A DNA stretch of 64,000 nt from Malacoraja senta (taxonomy: Eukaryota): assembly GCA_038087875.1 (NCBI GenBank), contig CM075988.1, positions 7,628,001 to 7,692,000 of the forward strand. Reading direction: 5' to 3'. Numbering within the stretch: the stretch's first letter is position 1; each line of letters opens with the position of its first letter. Under the pieces are notes generated by a model. The model saw only the letters and a list, made by a program, of their open reading frames with translations, searched no databases and had not been told where the DNA came from. Shown piece after piece: positions 34,635 to 48,135 of the stretch. A program made the position numbers and the translations under genes.

Positions 34635-34920
34635 TTAGACAAGAGATACAGAACGGAAACTGGCCCTTCACACCACCGAGTCCACGCCGACCAGTAATCA
34701 CCCCGTACACTAGCACTATTCTACTTTAACGAAGCCAATTAACCTATAAACCTGTACGTCTTTGTAGTGGGGGAAGAGCTGGAGCACCTGGAGGAAACCT
34801 ATGTGGTCACAGGGAGAACGTACAAACTCAGTACAGATGGCACCCATAGTCAGGATCAAATCCGGGTCTCTTGCACTGTAATTAGGCAACAACTCTACCG
34901 CTGCGCCATGGTGCTGCCCT
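34635..34920 (-). mobile_element. HE1-like V-SINE
   Basis: Full reverse-complement copy with head, V-domain and tail. Confidence 0.8.
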
Positions 34921-36419
34921 TGATCTTTGGGACATAGGATCTTTCTCCTTGACAGGGTGAAGATCTGAAGTAAAACACAGTTCACCATGCCAGATGAATT
35001 ATTTTAGCCTACTGTTACACCATCCCGGCTACTTGAAGTGAACTTGGTGGTGGGAGTGTATTTTATTTTTGAACAGCATAAGAAACGGCTCGAAATTGCC
35101 CAATGTCAACTTTGGCAGAGCTAGTTATGTGGCCACATCAGAATATTGCAGTTGCATCCTCCTGAACGCAATAATCCTTAACACACATGTCCCCATATTG
35201 TCACGTATACCCGAGATTCAGTGAAAAGCTTTGATTTGCATGCTATCCAAACAGATCAGATATACTCTACCTACATACAATCCAGTTTTGCTCAAGTACA
35301 ATAGCCAGAGCAAAAAGGGAAGATACAGAGTGCAGAATATAGTTCTCAGCATTGTAGTAAATCAGTCCAATGTTCACAATGGGGTAGAGGTGAATGAGAC
35401 AAGACCCCAGCTAATGGTAGGATTGCTCAGAAGCCTGATTACAGAGGGAAAGAAGCTGTTCCTGAGTCTATTGGTGCATACTTTCAAGTTTCTGTACCTT
35501 CTGCCAGACAGCAGCAGGGAGAAGAAGGAATGACCAAGTAGGACAAGTCTTTGATTATATTGGCTGCTTTCTCGAGGCAGTGTAATGCATAGACGGAGTC
35601 AATAGTGGGAAGGCTGGTCTGTGTGATGGACCAGGCTACACCCACAACTCGCTGCAATTTCTTGCGGTCTTGGGCAGAGCTGTTCCCAAACCAAGCTGAA
35701 GCAACCCGACAGTATGCATTCTACAGTGCATCTGTAGAAGCTTATGCCTCAGTGGAGATACGCCAAATTTCCTCAGCTCCTCAATGTCTGTCGCATTAAT
35801 GTGGCTGGGCCATGACAGTTTATTGGTAATATTAACGGCAAGGAACTTGAAGTTCTCAATCATTTCCACTTTCGCACCATTGAACTTTTGCACCACCAAC
35901 ACTATCATGGTAGAGTGGGGCAATGTACAGGGTGATATTGGTTGTAATAGTGTCCTGTGGCTTCTTTGTCAGCATTTTGACTGTCATGCATATCTATTTT
36001 TGACATTTTCTGCTGCTTCCCAGGTCTGTCTGGATGGGCATGCAGTGGGCATTCTATTTGTCACAGATAGGGGAATTGACCACTGTGGATATCTCTGGAC
36101 TTACTCTGCAGAGAAGTTAAAGGAATTGTGGTGCTGTGTTAATGGATGGGGTTGAAGAATACTCGGAAGGGGTTGTTCCCCATCTAATAATTGCCAGCAA
36201 GAGTGAGGCTGTACGTGGTAATGCCCCAATATAATTCTCTTTTTTTCTGGGATTGCTTGCAGCACTGTGTAGATTATTAATCTATCGTTATTGGAAACTC
36301 AAGTGAGAAAGGGGCAAGAGTGTTTTATTGTCATATGTCAAAGATATAACAATGAAATTCTTACTTGCAGCAGCACAATAGAAAACATAGTACAGAATAT
36401 AATAAATGAGAAACGGGTT

Positions 36420-36511
36420 CAGTGTGTGTGAATATACATACCCACATATACCCTTTTATTTATATATATATATTTGTGTGTATGTGTATGTGTGTGTATA
36501 TATATATATAT

Positions 36512-36560
<49 letters not shown>
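36420..36560. repeat. Compound (TG)/(TA)/(CA)n microsatellite
   Basis: Seen directly in the sequence. Confidence 0.95.
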
Positions 36561-36563
<3 letters not shown>

Positions 36564-36569
36564 CAGTAG

Positions 36570-36778
36570 TAGATAGACACAAAATGCTGGAGTAACTCAG
36601 CGGGATAGGCAGCATCTTGGGAGATAAGGAATGGTTGACGTTTCGGGTCGAGACCCTTCAGACTGAAGAAGGTTCTCAACCCGAAACATCACCCATTCCT
36701 TCTCTCCACAGATGCTCCCTGTCCCGCTGAGATACTGCAAAATATTGTGCCTACCATCGGTTTAAACCAGCATCTGCA
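36570..36778. repeat. Fold-back PLE terminal-repeat derivative
   Basis: Inverted units meet at CTTCAGACTGAAG (about 36656-36668). Confidence 0.75.
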
Positions 36779-36944
36779 GACACAGAGACACAGAGACACA
36801 GAGACACAGAGACACAGAGACACAGAGACACAGAGACACAGAGACACAGAGACACAGACACACAGACACACAGACACACAGACACACAGACACACAGACA
36901 CACAGACACACAGACACACAGACACACACACACACACACACACA
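36778..36944. repeat. Compound (GACACAGA)/(GACACA)/(CA)n microsatellite
   Basis: Seen directly in the sequence. Confidence 0.95.
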
Positions 36945-38396
36945 ATAATATTGCAACAATAACAATAATAGTCTGTGTAGTTCAGAGCTTATTGGAGGTT
37001 GTACTGTTTGATAGCCAGGACAATGCTGGATGTCTGCCGACCCCACGAACGAACTGTTAATAGATGTCAAGTTCTCTGGCAGCTCAGGATGAGCCTGTTG
37101 TTACTATTTAGCCATGTCCGGGAAGCGCGTAGTGCCACTTCTCTGAGCGCTGGCATTTTGAGCTCAACTCCGCACCGACGCAACTGCCCGTGGTCCTTTG
37201 CGTGGATCTCTCACTACAATTAATTTTCCTTCCAATTTAGCAACCGTAAAATAAAAACAAAATCTCTTATATTAAAAGCAAAGGCTGATCGCACAAATCT
37301 CAGTTGAAACCTTAAACGGATTCCCTGAAAGGCTAATCTCATTTGCAGTGTATGTTTGTAATGGCGCAGTTTGAGTTAGTTTGAGAATCCTAAATGACTA
37401 ATCGACCTTTTCATTAACCCCCCACTGACGTCCTCAAGCAGATTTTGTGAAGCAGAAAACTAAAATCTATGCATTACAATTGATGCATAATTAAACCCAC
37501 CGCCTTTTATTCTCACGGGCCCTGCATTCTTCTTTTAAAACAAACTCCGCTGGCAGAGAGGCTGTGAGCGAGGTATTTTGATGCTGCGTATTAACATGAG
37601 AAAGAAAATCAACTAATCACATCGAGAATTGTTTCTTCCTTTTGGAAATAATGATATCATGATTTCCCTAAATATGGGTTTGCTGGGGATGGGGACTGTC
37701 TGTTATCTGGTGACTGGCTAGATCTGTCATAGATTATCATCCCACACTTGTGATTTTGGTCTTGTGGATCTGTGACTAATGTTATCTACTGACCAAAGAA
37801 TAAACTCAGATTACACTTTCACATCACAACAATGGTTGATATGAAAGGGTGTTCTGGAGCACTGTATTGTCAAATCCAATCATTTGACGATACTCAATGA
37901 TTCAATGATACCTTATTGTCTCATGCACCTAGGTACAGTGAAATGTTTTGTTTTGCAAATGACCTGGTAAAATCATGTAGCAGACCTCATGTAGCCAAGG
38001 CAATGCACAAGTGTCGCCACGTTTCTGGGGTCGACAAAGTTACAAAAGTTCACCGAACAGTCCAATATTCTGCCTGCCGCCATACTTGGCAGCCGGTCCA
38101 CCTCCCCCCTCCCCCCTCCCCCCTCACTGGGTCCACCGTCCCCCCCCTTCATTCTCGATGGCCTCCCTCGCTTTCGACGGCCCACCTCTCTCGTGAAGGC
38201 CCACCTCACCCTCGACGGCCCACCTACATTAAAGTATTTGCTTTTTAATTAAAAAGAACAAATCAACTCTAATTACCAAGCCTGACAAGTCGGGTCTCAA
38301 CTCCTAGATATGGCTGGTCATTGCATGACCAACTGGCGCCATCTGACCTGAGAGAATGCCAACACATGAGAGACCCAACAAGTGCAATACTGAGTA

Positions 38397-38641
38397 GTAG
38401 AAACAAGGAACTGCAGATGCTGGTTTACAATAAAGGACATAAAGTGCTGGAGTAACTCAGCAGGTCCCTGGAGAACATGAACAGGTGATGTATCGGGTTG
38501 GGACAGTTCTTCAGACTGAAGAAAGATCCCGACTGGAAACGTTACCGATCCATGTCCTTCAAAGATGCTGCCTGACCCAGAGTTACTCCAGCACTTTGTG
38601 CCCTTTATTGTAAACCAGCAACTGCAGTTCCTTGTTTGTAC
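38397..38641. repeat. Complete fold-back PLE terminal-repeat derivative (MITE-like palindrome)
   Basis: GTAGAAACAAGGAACTGCAG...TTCTTCAGACTGAAGAA...CTGCAGTTCCTTGTTTGTAC. Confidence 0.8.
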
Positions 38642-39052
38642 ATTTTAGCAGCTGAAGGGATCAGATGACGACCTCCTGTTAGTATGTTTTGCATTCTAGG
38701 TGTCTTTCTGTAAGCCCTATTTTCTGGTGATGTAACAAAAATAAATAATTGTTATATTGCACTGATTTAAATATCCTTTTTACATTTGAAAGCAGCTGCG
38801 GCTGCGCAGCTCATTTTGAATTAATTCATTTTGAGTTAGCACTGTTGGTTACAGTGAGTCGAGGGGCAATACCACAGGTTTGTGTGCCCATTGTGAGGAA
38901 CTCCGCGATGGAGAAGAGTTGGAAACACACCCACATATATCAATTGCTGGGAATTTCGGAAACGGTGAACGATTGTGTGAGACACATTGACAGTTATACG
39001 AGTAAATGCTGAAGTCGCCCTCTGAAGTCAAGGGTCATAAATTTCCCGTCGA

Positions 39053-39340
39053 CACAGTGACGCAGCTGCCTAACAGCGCCAGAGACCCAGGTTCGATTCT
39101 GCCAGCAGGTGTCTGTACGGAGTTTGTACGTTCTCCCTGTGACCATGTGGGTTTTCTCTGGGTGCTCTGGTTTCCACCCACACTCCAAAGACGTACGGGT
39201 TTGTAGGTTAATTGACTTTGGTAAATTATAAAATTGTCCCTAGTGTGCACAATAGTGTTAGTGTATGGGCATTGCTGGTTGGTGCAGACTTGGCGGGCTG
39301 AAGGGCCTATTTCCACGCTCTTTCTCTAAAGTCTAAAGAC
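39053..39340 (+). mobile_element. HE1-like V-SINE
   Basis: Head, V-domain and tail ending in CTAAAGT repeats. Confidence 0.8.
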
Positions 39341-39828
39341 ATTTCCACCAGGTGTCAAATTATATAATTGTAAGTGTCCCAGTTGCTGTCAAATTAAAAA
39401 TATAATCTTTGAATTACACATGAATTTTCAGCAGAACAGAACAATTATTTATTTCCCTGCAGTAATCAGCTACTGGGGGTGGCAGGAAGACACCTGGGTT
39501 GTGAGTGCATAGAAACATAGAAAATAGGTGCAGGAGTAGGCCATTCGGCCCATCGAGCCAGCACTGCCATTCAATATGATCATGGCTGATTATCCAAAAT
39601 CAGTACCCCGTTCCTGCTTTCTCCCCATATCCCTTGATTCCTTTAGCCCTAAGCATTAAATCTAACTCTCTCTTGAAAACATCCAGTGAATTGGCCTCCA
39701 CTGCCTTCTGTGGCAGAGAATTCCGCAGATTCACAACTCTCTGGGTGAAAACGTTTTTCCTCATCTCAGTCCTAAATGGCCTACCCCTTATTCTTAAACT
39801 GTGACCATGAATCAGAAACAGGAGGCCA

Positions 39829-40180
39829 GGACGACAGATGGCGCAATGGGCTAAGTGTTCGGCTGGCAACCGGAAGGTAGCCGGTTCGAATCCCGCTTGG
39901 AGTGCATACTGTCGTTGTGTCCTTGGGCAAGACACTTCACCCACCTTTGCCTGCGTGTGAATGTGTGTGAATGTGTGTGAGTGATTGGCGGTGGTCGGAG
40001 GGGCCGTAGGCGCAGATTAGCAGCCACGCTTCCGTCAGTCTGCCCCAGGGCAGCTGTGGCTACAGAAGTAGCTCACCACCACCGAGTGTGACTGAGGAGT
40101 GAATGAATAATGCGATGTAAAGCGCCTTGAGTATTAGAAAGGCGCTATATAAATCCCATCCATTATTATTATTATTATTA
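39829..40180 (+). mobile_element. Young tRNA-derived CORE-type SINE with L2-like tail
   Basis: A box TGGCGCAATGG (39839-39849), B box GGTTCGAATCC (39883-39893), CORE-like GTGTCCTTGGGCAAGACACTTCACCC, tail TGTAAAGCGCCTTGAGTATTAGAAAGGCGCTATATAAAT followed by (ATT)n. Confidence 0.85.
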
Positions 40181-43100
40181 CCTCATCCCAGCGGCTGCCA
40201 TTCATACAACCATGGCCTATCATGCACATTGTCCTTTTCCCACTGAATCCCTATCATTGTTTGTCGACCTCAGCCTTGAATGCACTTGTCCTGTTCAAAC
40301 TACATGTCCTTAGTGTCCATGGCAGTCTGAACGTTATTCCCTTAATCATGTATCTGTACACTGTAAATGGCTCAATTGTAATCATATATTGACTGGTTAG
40401 CATGCGACAAAAGCTTTTCACTGTACCTCGGTACAAGTGACTACAAACGAAACTGAACTGAACATGCACAGTCTCATCGGATAAAGATTTTCAAAGATTC
40501 ATGATCATCTGGCGTAAAAAATATACGCCTTAGTTCAGTCACTAACTGCCAAGTCTTTATCTTGAGACTGTACCCCTTGATTCTAAACCATCCACGAGGA
40601 GGAAGAAGTATCTCTGCAGCTATTTTATCAATCCTTTTCAGAATCATATTTGTTTTAATAAGATAATTTCCCATTCTTCTCATTGGGTATTCGCCACCTG
40701 TTAACCCAATTTCACAATCTCAGTTTCTCTGACACTGAGTTTAAGTTATTTAAGTTGAGAATTCTGTTTCAAACTAAATTGTCCCCAAAATAAAATTTGA
40801 TTTAATCATAATCCTGAGTGAATTGCGTATATTAAGTCATAATCCTGAGTGAATCCATAGTGAATTTTGCTATCGTGGATTGGGCCCAGATATGCAGTGA
40901 CATTTTTGTCACCTTGAGGTTTGTCTAGGATTCAACAGAGATTGAAGATGAAAACTGTTTAGTTTTCACAGCCATCCACCAGAGAGCTAAGTATTCACTG
41001 TTGCAGGTGGATGCCTTTTGTCAATAGAGTGAGCCCTCAGTTTATTCCTAGCTCCATCCTGTAGTAATGGCTTTAGTTGCTTTTTTTAAATTTCAGCTTC
41101 CAAGGCAAGATTTTTTGAGCCGGTGTGGTCCAAATAGATAAATTATTTAACTAAGCTGCTTCCTCTATTGATTCTCTATTCTGGTTTTCCAGGCTGAATC
41201 ATTCTTCCTCATTTCATCCTTTGTTCTCGAGGCTGCCTCACTTCTTCTTCTCATCTCACCTCACTATCCTTTCTGAACCTCACCTTCACCAGAATGTTGA
41301 TTTCTCCATCTTGTTCACTGTCCCTGCAATGGTGAAAAGATCAAACCTATTTCTTCTCAGGCACAGCATTGTTTCCAATGCAGCATTCCCTCATCACTTG
41401 CACTACAATACCAGCTTAAGTTACGTGCTTAAACTGGGGTTGAACCCATTGCTCTCTCACTCCAATATAAAAGCATAAGCAGTTCAAAGACAAATATTAT
41501 GGCAAGAGTTCATGCAATTCTATTTTACTCACCAGGATGGACCCAATGCTCGGTGCCTTCATGTTGAACCCCATAGTTTCGGCAAGCTGGGGAAGTTACT
41601 TGTTGCAAAGCTGAATCTCCATGAAGTCTTTCCTGTTGGAAATGCTAAAGACTGAGGGTGTGATGGCAGATTTGCATTTCTGGGATGATCCTAAACAAGA
41701 AGCTTCTTATTTTCAACAAAGCCAATGATACCGGTGAAGAAACCAATGATCATTAGGCTTGTGAAAAAAATTAAATTATGGACTAATCAGAACATTCACT
41801 GTGTAACTATGTCCCTGCAATAGATAAAAGATCAAACTAATCAATATTCCAGTTTTGTGCTTTGAAATGGGCTGCCTCTTCAAGCTGCATTGTGGGAAGA
41901 GAAACAGAGGTACATGACCATAAGATCTTATTACAGCTTATCTCCGTGACCATCCTGGTTTTACCTGGTCTGAGACGCCGCCCTCCTCCAGGCTACCTGC
42001 ATCTTGAAAGCTTCTTTTGTTCCCCAGCATTTGTCCCGCGCACACCTCTCTTCCAGCTTACTTTCCTCCACTGCAATCAGCCTGAATAAGGGTCCCGACA
42101 CGAAACATCGCCTCTCCACATCCTCCAGACATGCTTCCCGACTTGCTAAACTAATTCAGCACTTTGTGTTTTGTTTTTTAAACAGCACCTGCAGTTCCTT
42201 GTTTCTTCTCTTGTTTCTTTCCCAGTTGTGGTGAAGGTCTTTGATCTGAACTATTAACTCTGTTTCTCCCCACAGACGCATACTGACCTGCTAATTTATT
42301 TCGATCGCTTACTGTTTTTATTTGCGGTTTCCAGCATCTAGTATTGTCTTCATTTTCTCTCTTTTTCCTCTCCTGCTTCTTTACCCTCTCTCTCCATTTA
42401 CTCTTTCTCCCAATTAATCTTCACTCTTCTTCTTCCACCATCTCTCTCTCTCTCTCTCTCCCTCCATCTATCTTCTTCCTCCTCTATCTCATTTCTTGGT
42501 GCCCATTGTGAGTCTGTTTCATTTTGGAATCAACAGACGTCCTGAAATCAACAGAACTGTTGTCCCAGGCGTAGTCAGTTAATGGAAATTAAAGTTAAGA
42601 TACAAGGAACTATAGATGGTGGTTTATCAAAAATGACGCAACGTGCTGGAGTAACTGAGCAGTTCGGGCGGTATCTCCAAAGAACATGGATGAGTCACGT
42701 TTCGGGTCGGAAGTAGGCTCCCGACCCAAAGATTCTTCTATCCATGTTCTCCAGAGATACTGCCTGACCCCGCTGTGTTTCTCCAGCACTTTGTAAAATT
42801 AAAGTGAAAGTTAGTTCAGAGTTTTTTTTAAATGGCAAATACAGATGTGTATTGGAGAATTTGCCGACTATAAACACCTGAAACACTCTGTTTGCTGAGC
42901 ACATCTCAATCACTCAATGTACATCTACTGCTCTTTATTTTGTAACTGCTGTTGGCCATCTTATCTCCAGCTGATAGTCTCTGTGACTCTCTGATAACCA
43001 GTTCAAGCTGTTTGTTCAAGCAATTGATGTAATGTGATTGTAGTCTTCACACAAAGGTGTTTGATTTGGCCATGAGCCACAATCATGTGGCCAACTAAAG

Positions 43101-45049
43101 ATAAGGCCTCACACTGAGACCGTGCTGGAGCCGTGGGTTTTTGACGTTTTACTTATGAATGTGCAGGCAATCCTGGCTGCCCCAGAAAATCACTTCACCC
43201 AGTTGCTCCTTTGCAGCACTGACTCCCTGCGTTTCAGAATCTTCCCTCCACTGTTCCACTGCAACAAGCTGGCTCGGTTTCACTGAAAATTAAAGAACCC
43301 GATAATCTGAAATAAAAGCAAAAAAATGTCAGAAGCACTCACTCGGCAAGGCAGCATCAATGGAAAGTTGTGGGCGGTACTGTGTGTGGTGCAACTGGGA
43401 GAGTTGTTACAGTGCCAAATTGGATAGAACTAGTGTACAGGTGATCGCTGGTCAACGTGGACTCGGTGGGCTGAAGGGCCTGTTTTCATGCTGTATTTTT
43501 ATACTAAACTAAATTAAACTTAAGATAGACACAAAATGCTGGAGCAACTCAGCAGGACAGGCAGCATCTCTGGAGAGAAATGATGGGTGATGTTTTGGGT
43601 TGAGACCCTTCTTCAGACTTGAACTTGTTTACCTCTGCAGTGGTTGAAGACAATCACTTGACACAGTTTGACAAAGAGAGAAAGGTTCTTCCCACTCCTC
43701 AGATCAATGATTATCTTTCAAACATCATTACTCGAATGATCTGGCCACTCATCCTGTTGTTTAAGGGACCATGCTATGCACATGTTGGCTGTCCTGTTTC
43801 CCTGTTGCAGCAGTGACCATGTTGTTGGTTATTGTGTAAAACCTCCAGTCAACTGATATGTCTTACAAATACAAATTTGGTGCATCACTCCTTTCTTTCA
43901 TAGAAGAAATCCCACCATGTGGCAATGTTTCCATTCGGGCACTTTCCAACCTTCCACCCCCACCCCGGTATAGTCCACTCTGATGGTCCAATATAATAAA
44001 TCACAGCAAGAGACCCATGATGGTTTCATTCTGTTTTTCACCACCTGCCCGGGAACAGTCATTAAATCCACATGGACTCCAAAAGAGTTTTTGCCCGGAC
44101 TGGATATTGAGTGAGACCAGCCATTCGTACATCTGCAGCTGGAAAGGTGAACCTGTTGGTTGAGATAGTCCAGGACACAAGCCCTGCTTGATCAATGCCT
44201 GCCATCAAACAAGGATCCCGACCCGAAACGTCACCTATCCTTGTTCTCCAGGGATGCTGTCTGACCCGCTGAGTTACTCCAGCACTTTGACTCTTATTTT
44301 TCCTTTCCATCAAACACCTCTGGTGGGACCAAACTTTGGCAACTATACCCTCTGTCGAAGCAGCCCAATTTCATCACTGCTTCTGAAAGTTCCCCGACAT
44401 TAAAAAAACGATTAAACCTGAAATTTTAAAAAACATGTTTTAATAGTTTTTTTAAATAGAAATTAAATTACCTCAACTCTCTAACATTTCTGAATAATTA
44501 GAAACAATGCTGAGGCATGTAACTTGAAAAGAGTAACTTCTCTGCAGTTGTAAAATCCCCACTCAGATGAATCGACACACGGACCCTGGCATAGGATCTG
44601 AGAGAAGGTTCCTTTGTATAAATACCGAGTTATTCCTGCAAGCTGTAGCTCAGCAATGGGCTCCACGCAATGTAACACAGCTGAAAAATCACCTGCAAAG
44701 CTCAACCAGTTGGCTTGGAACGTTGACAATCACACAGGAGTTCTGAGCACTTTGAAAGAGAAGTTTAGTGAGGAACTGCTAGCAGAACCACCAGCACCTG
44801 GGTTGTTGTTTTGGAAAGGGAGTGAAATGGATACCTTCTTTGAAGAATGAAAGAAGCAAATTTTATTCATCAAGTGCCTGACCTTGCCTCTCAGAGTCTC
44901 AAAGCAATTCATGTACATTAATCACCTTGATCTGCAACCAATCTTGCACAGGCAAGTTGTGTGGAATATTACACATCAAAGAACTTATACCCAAAAGAGG
45001 AGGACGTAAGTATAATATTTCTGGTTGAATTGACCCAAATGCTGTTCCA

Positions 45050-45146
45050 TGGATAGACACAAAATGCTGGAGTAACTCAGCGAGACAGGCAGCATCCCTG
45101 GAGAGAAGGAATAGGTGACGTTTCGGGTCGAGACCCTTCTTCAGAC
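45050..45146 (-). ncRNA. PLE-derived short repeat with intact minimal hammerhead-like core (45117-45144)
   Basis: Minus strand GTCTGAAGAAGGGTCTCGACCCGAAACGTCACC. Confidence 0.55.
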
Positions 45147-45384
45147 GACATGGATTGCAGGACTGCATTAATAAACAATAAGTTGTGACATGTTTGATTT
45201 TGAAAGTTTTTATAGGTTACTTCCCAGTAGTTTCACATTTACTTACATGAGTGGACCTGATACCATGTAATCTGCAGTAGTTAAATAGGTAATCTGGACT
45301 AAAAAAAATCCTACAGAATTAGAAATAGCTTTGATAGTACCAGATTCCATTAAAACATTTGGTTCACTGCTGCACAGAGAGCCT

Positions 45385-45710
45385 GACTCTTGCAAGGGAG
45401 CAGATCACTGAGGCCTTGACAGAGATCTTTGCATCCTCCCTTTCCACCCTTGGAGTTCCAGAAGAACTAAAATTATTATTCCTTCAGGGCAACAGGAATA
45501 ATGCAGAAAATTATAGACCAGTGAGCCTTACATCAGTGTGAGGAAATTATTATAAAAGATTCTAAGGGACAGGATTCCCTTATATTTGGAAAAGTGTGAC
45601 ATTTTAGTCAGCAAGGCCTTGTGCTGGGGAGATCCTGTCTCACAAATTTAGTTGAGCTTTTCGAGGAGTGGATAAAGATGAATGATGATGGTAGTGAAGT
45701 GAATTTTGCC
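45385..45710 (+). mobile_element. Old CR1 ORF2 internal fragment
   Basis: ORF AREQITEALTEIFASSLST...GNRNNAENYRPVSLTSV contains the NYRPVSLTS motif that precedes the RT domain. Confidence 0.8.
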
Positions 45711-47204
45711 TTGATCGTTTAGCCGAACACTTGCGCTCGGTCTGCCAGGGTCTACTGGATTCCCGGTTGCTAACCATTTTAACTCATCTTCCCATTCCCA
45801 CACTGACATTTCTGTGCTGGGCCTCCTCCACTGCCAGCACCTTGAGCAAAAAAAAAAAAAACTGCTGGGGGAAAGGACACAAAGTGCTGGAGTAACTCAA
45901 CGGGTCAGGCAGCATCTCTGGAGAACAAGCATAGGTTTTGGATGGTACCCCTTTTCAAACTTTGTGTCATTTTTGGTAAACCAGCATCTACAGTTTATTT
46001 TGTCTCCACGGATTACTTGCATGGCTTTGTTCTGCTCCCACATCTGTTCCAGCTTTCTCCCTCCATTACAATCAGTCCGAAGAAAGGTGCCGATCTGAAA
46101 TGTCACCTATTCATGTCTTTCAGCGATGCTGACTGACCCACTGAGTTATTCCAGCACCTGGTGGTTTTTTTTTCATTATCCTAAATGCGGAATCCTACTT
46201 TATGTTGTATTGCCATCACTCTGTTACAGACTTCAGTGTCGTCTCCGTTCAAATATGGGCTAAAGAGGCAAGTTTCAGAGGCGAGAACGATGACTTTTGA
46301 CTAGCAGGATTTGACTAATCCAAGGAGATATAGTCAAACTGAAGTAATAGACAATAGAAGGGAAGGTAGAATCAACCGATTGAGGATGTTTGTTGGTTGG
46401 TGGGGCAAACATCACAGCCCAAGTGTTAGCAGTTAAGTTTTAGACTAGATTTCTGGGCCATACCGATGCTGCACCTGCGTTTGTTGTTGACTGTGAGTTG
46501 TATCATTGGAAAAGTAATGAGTTCCCTTGGAAGTAATTTGTTGAGAAACACCTTTTGAAAGTAATTGCTTACAGTACCTTGAATCTTAGATATAATGGCT
46601 GCCTAAGATGGTAATTATAATTTGCGTGATTCTATTGCATCAAAATGCTCTTGGTTCACTGTACGTCAATGTAAGGTCACTGCAGTATTTAATTGAGATG
46701 GATTTTACTTGTGGCTTATTCAAAGGAAAATACTAGCACCATTGTAGATGCAATGTAACAGCTTTAATGTGCTGCATAATCATTGCATGGCTCTTCTTCC
46801 CAGTCTACCCATTCCCTCCACACTTGTGCCTGACCTGCTGAGTTCTTCCAGCACCTTGTTTTTTTGCTCTGCTTCCCTTTGGCTGATGGCTTCCCTTCAC
46901 ATCAACCATAATTTCTTCCATTTCTTAATGTTACCTCCTTTACAGAATCACGAGGGCAGTGTTGTCTGCTGGAAAATAGAACATGAGAAATTAAGCTTTT
47001 CTCTTAAATAATTTAACACTGGACTTTATTTGGCCTAAGTTACAGATTGTTGTTAACCAATGGTCCAATGGTACTTCAGTGTCACAGGTACATAGGTATG
47101 GTGAAATTCCTTTTTTGCCTACAGTTCAGTAAAAATCTTATTCTTATACTACAGTACAATCCCGACTATCATACTTAAACAAGACCGTAAGATTAGGACA
47201 AGAG

Positions 47205-47505
47205 TGACCCAGTGGCGCAGCGGTAGAGTTGCTGCCTTACAGCGCCAGAGACCCAGGTCCGATCCTGACTATGGGTGCTATGGGTCTGTACGGAGTTTAT
47301 ACATTCTCCCTGTGACCGCATGGGGTTTCTCCGGTTTCCTCCCACATTTCAAAGACGTACAGGTTTGTAGGTTAATGGCTTCTGTGCCTACCCCTAGTGT
47401 GTAGGATGGAACTAATGTACAGGGTGACCATTGGTCAGTGCGGACTCAATGGGTCGAAGGGTCTGTTTCCATACTGTATTTCTAAACTAAACTGAATTCT
47501 AAACT
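47205..47505 (+). mobile_element. HE1-like V-SINE
   Basis: CAGTGGCGCAGCGGTAGAGTTGCTGCCTTACAGCGCCAGAGACCC head, V-domain, (AAACT)n tail. Confidence 0.85.
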
Positions 47506-47789
47506 AAGTAGATGGTTGGTAATAAGAAATGGTGGGTAACATTGTAAAGCAAGGAATCAATTATCGTCATAACATGTATCATCACATCGAGTTGTTTAAT
47601 CTCTGCATGCAGTGAAGCACATTTGAGCGCAGTCATTATTGTAATTAAGGAAGAAAATACTTCATTAGAATCATCCAGGTTTACTTCAGCTTTTTTGCTT
47701 GCTTTCCAAGGGCTACCATTGTGCGATTCTTACTCCTCGAATATTTATATTTCTAATGAACTAAAAGCAGCAAGCAAACATCTGTCACG

Positions 47790-48135
47790 TGTACAAAATC
47801 ATGAGAGGAATAGATTGGGTCGATGCACAGAGTCTCTTGCCCAGAGTAGGGGAATTGAGGACCAGAGGACATAGGTTTAAGGTGAGGGTGAAAAGATTTA
47901 ATAGGAATCAAAGGGGTAACTTTTTCACACAAAGGTGGGTGTATGGAACAAGCTTCCAGAGGTGGTAGTTGATGCTGGGACTATCCCATCATTTAAGAAA
48001 CAGTTAGATAGGTACATGGATAGGAAAGGTTTGGAGGGATATGGACCAAACACGGGCAGGTGAGACTAGTGTAGTTGGTGTGGGGAAGTTGGGCTGAAGG
48101 GCCTGTTTCCATAATGTATCACTCTATGACTCTAT
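47790..48135 (+). mobile_element. CR1 (HER1-like) LINE 3' fragment
   Basis: ORF2 end and tail GGGCTGAAGGGCCTGTTTCC...(ACTCTATG)n. Similar copies lie at about 55320-55615 and 61060-61400. Confidence 0.8.

Noticed and set aside
36419..37070. Cys/Val-rich and Thr/His/Gln-rich ORFs
   Set aside because: Translations of microsatellites.
41533..41632. Possible minus-strand exon (CCAACAG acceptor, CTG|GTGAGT donor, one open frame ERLHGDSALQQ...)
   Set aside because: Peptide not recognised and no partner exons found; such splice-like pairs occur by chance. It would need RNA-seq support.
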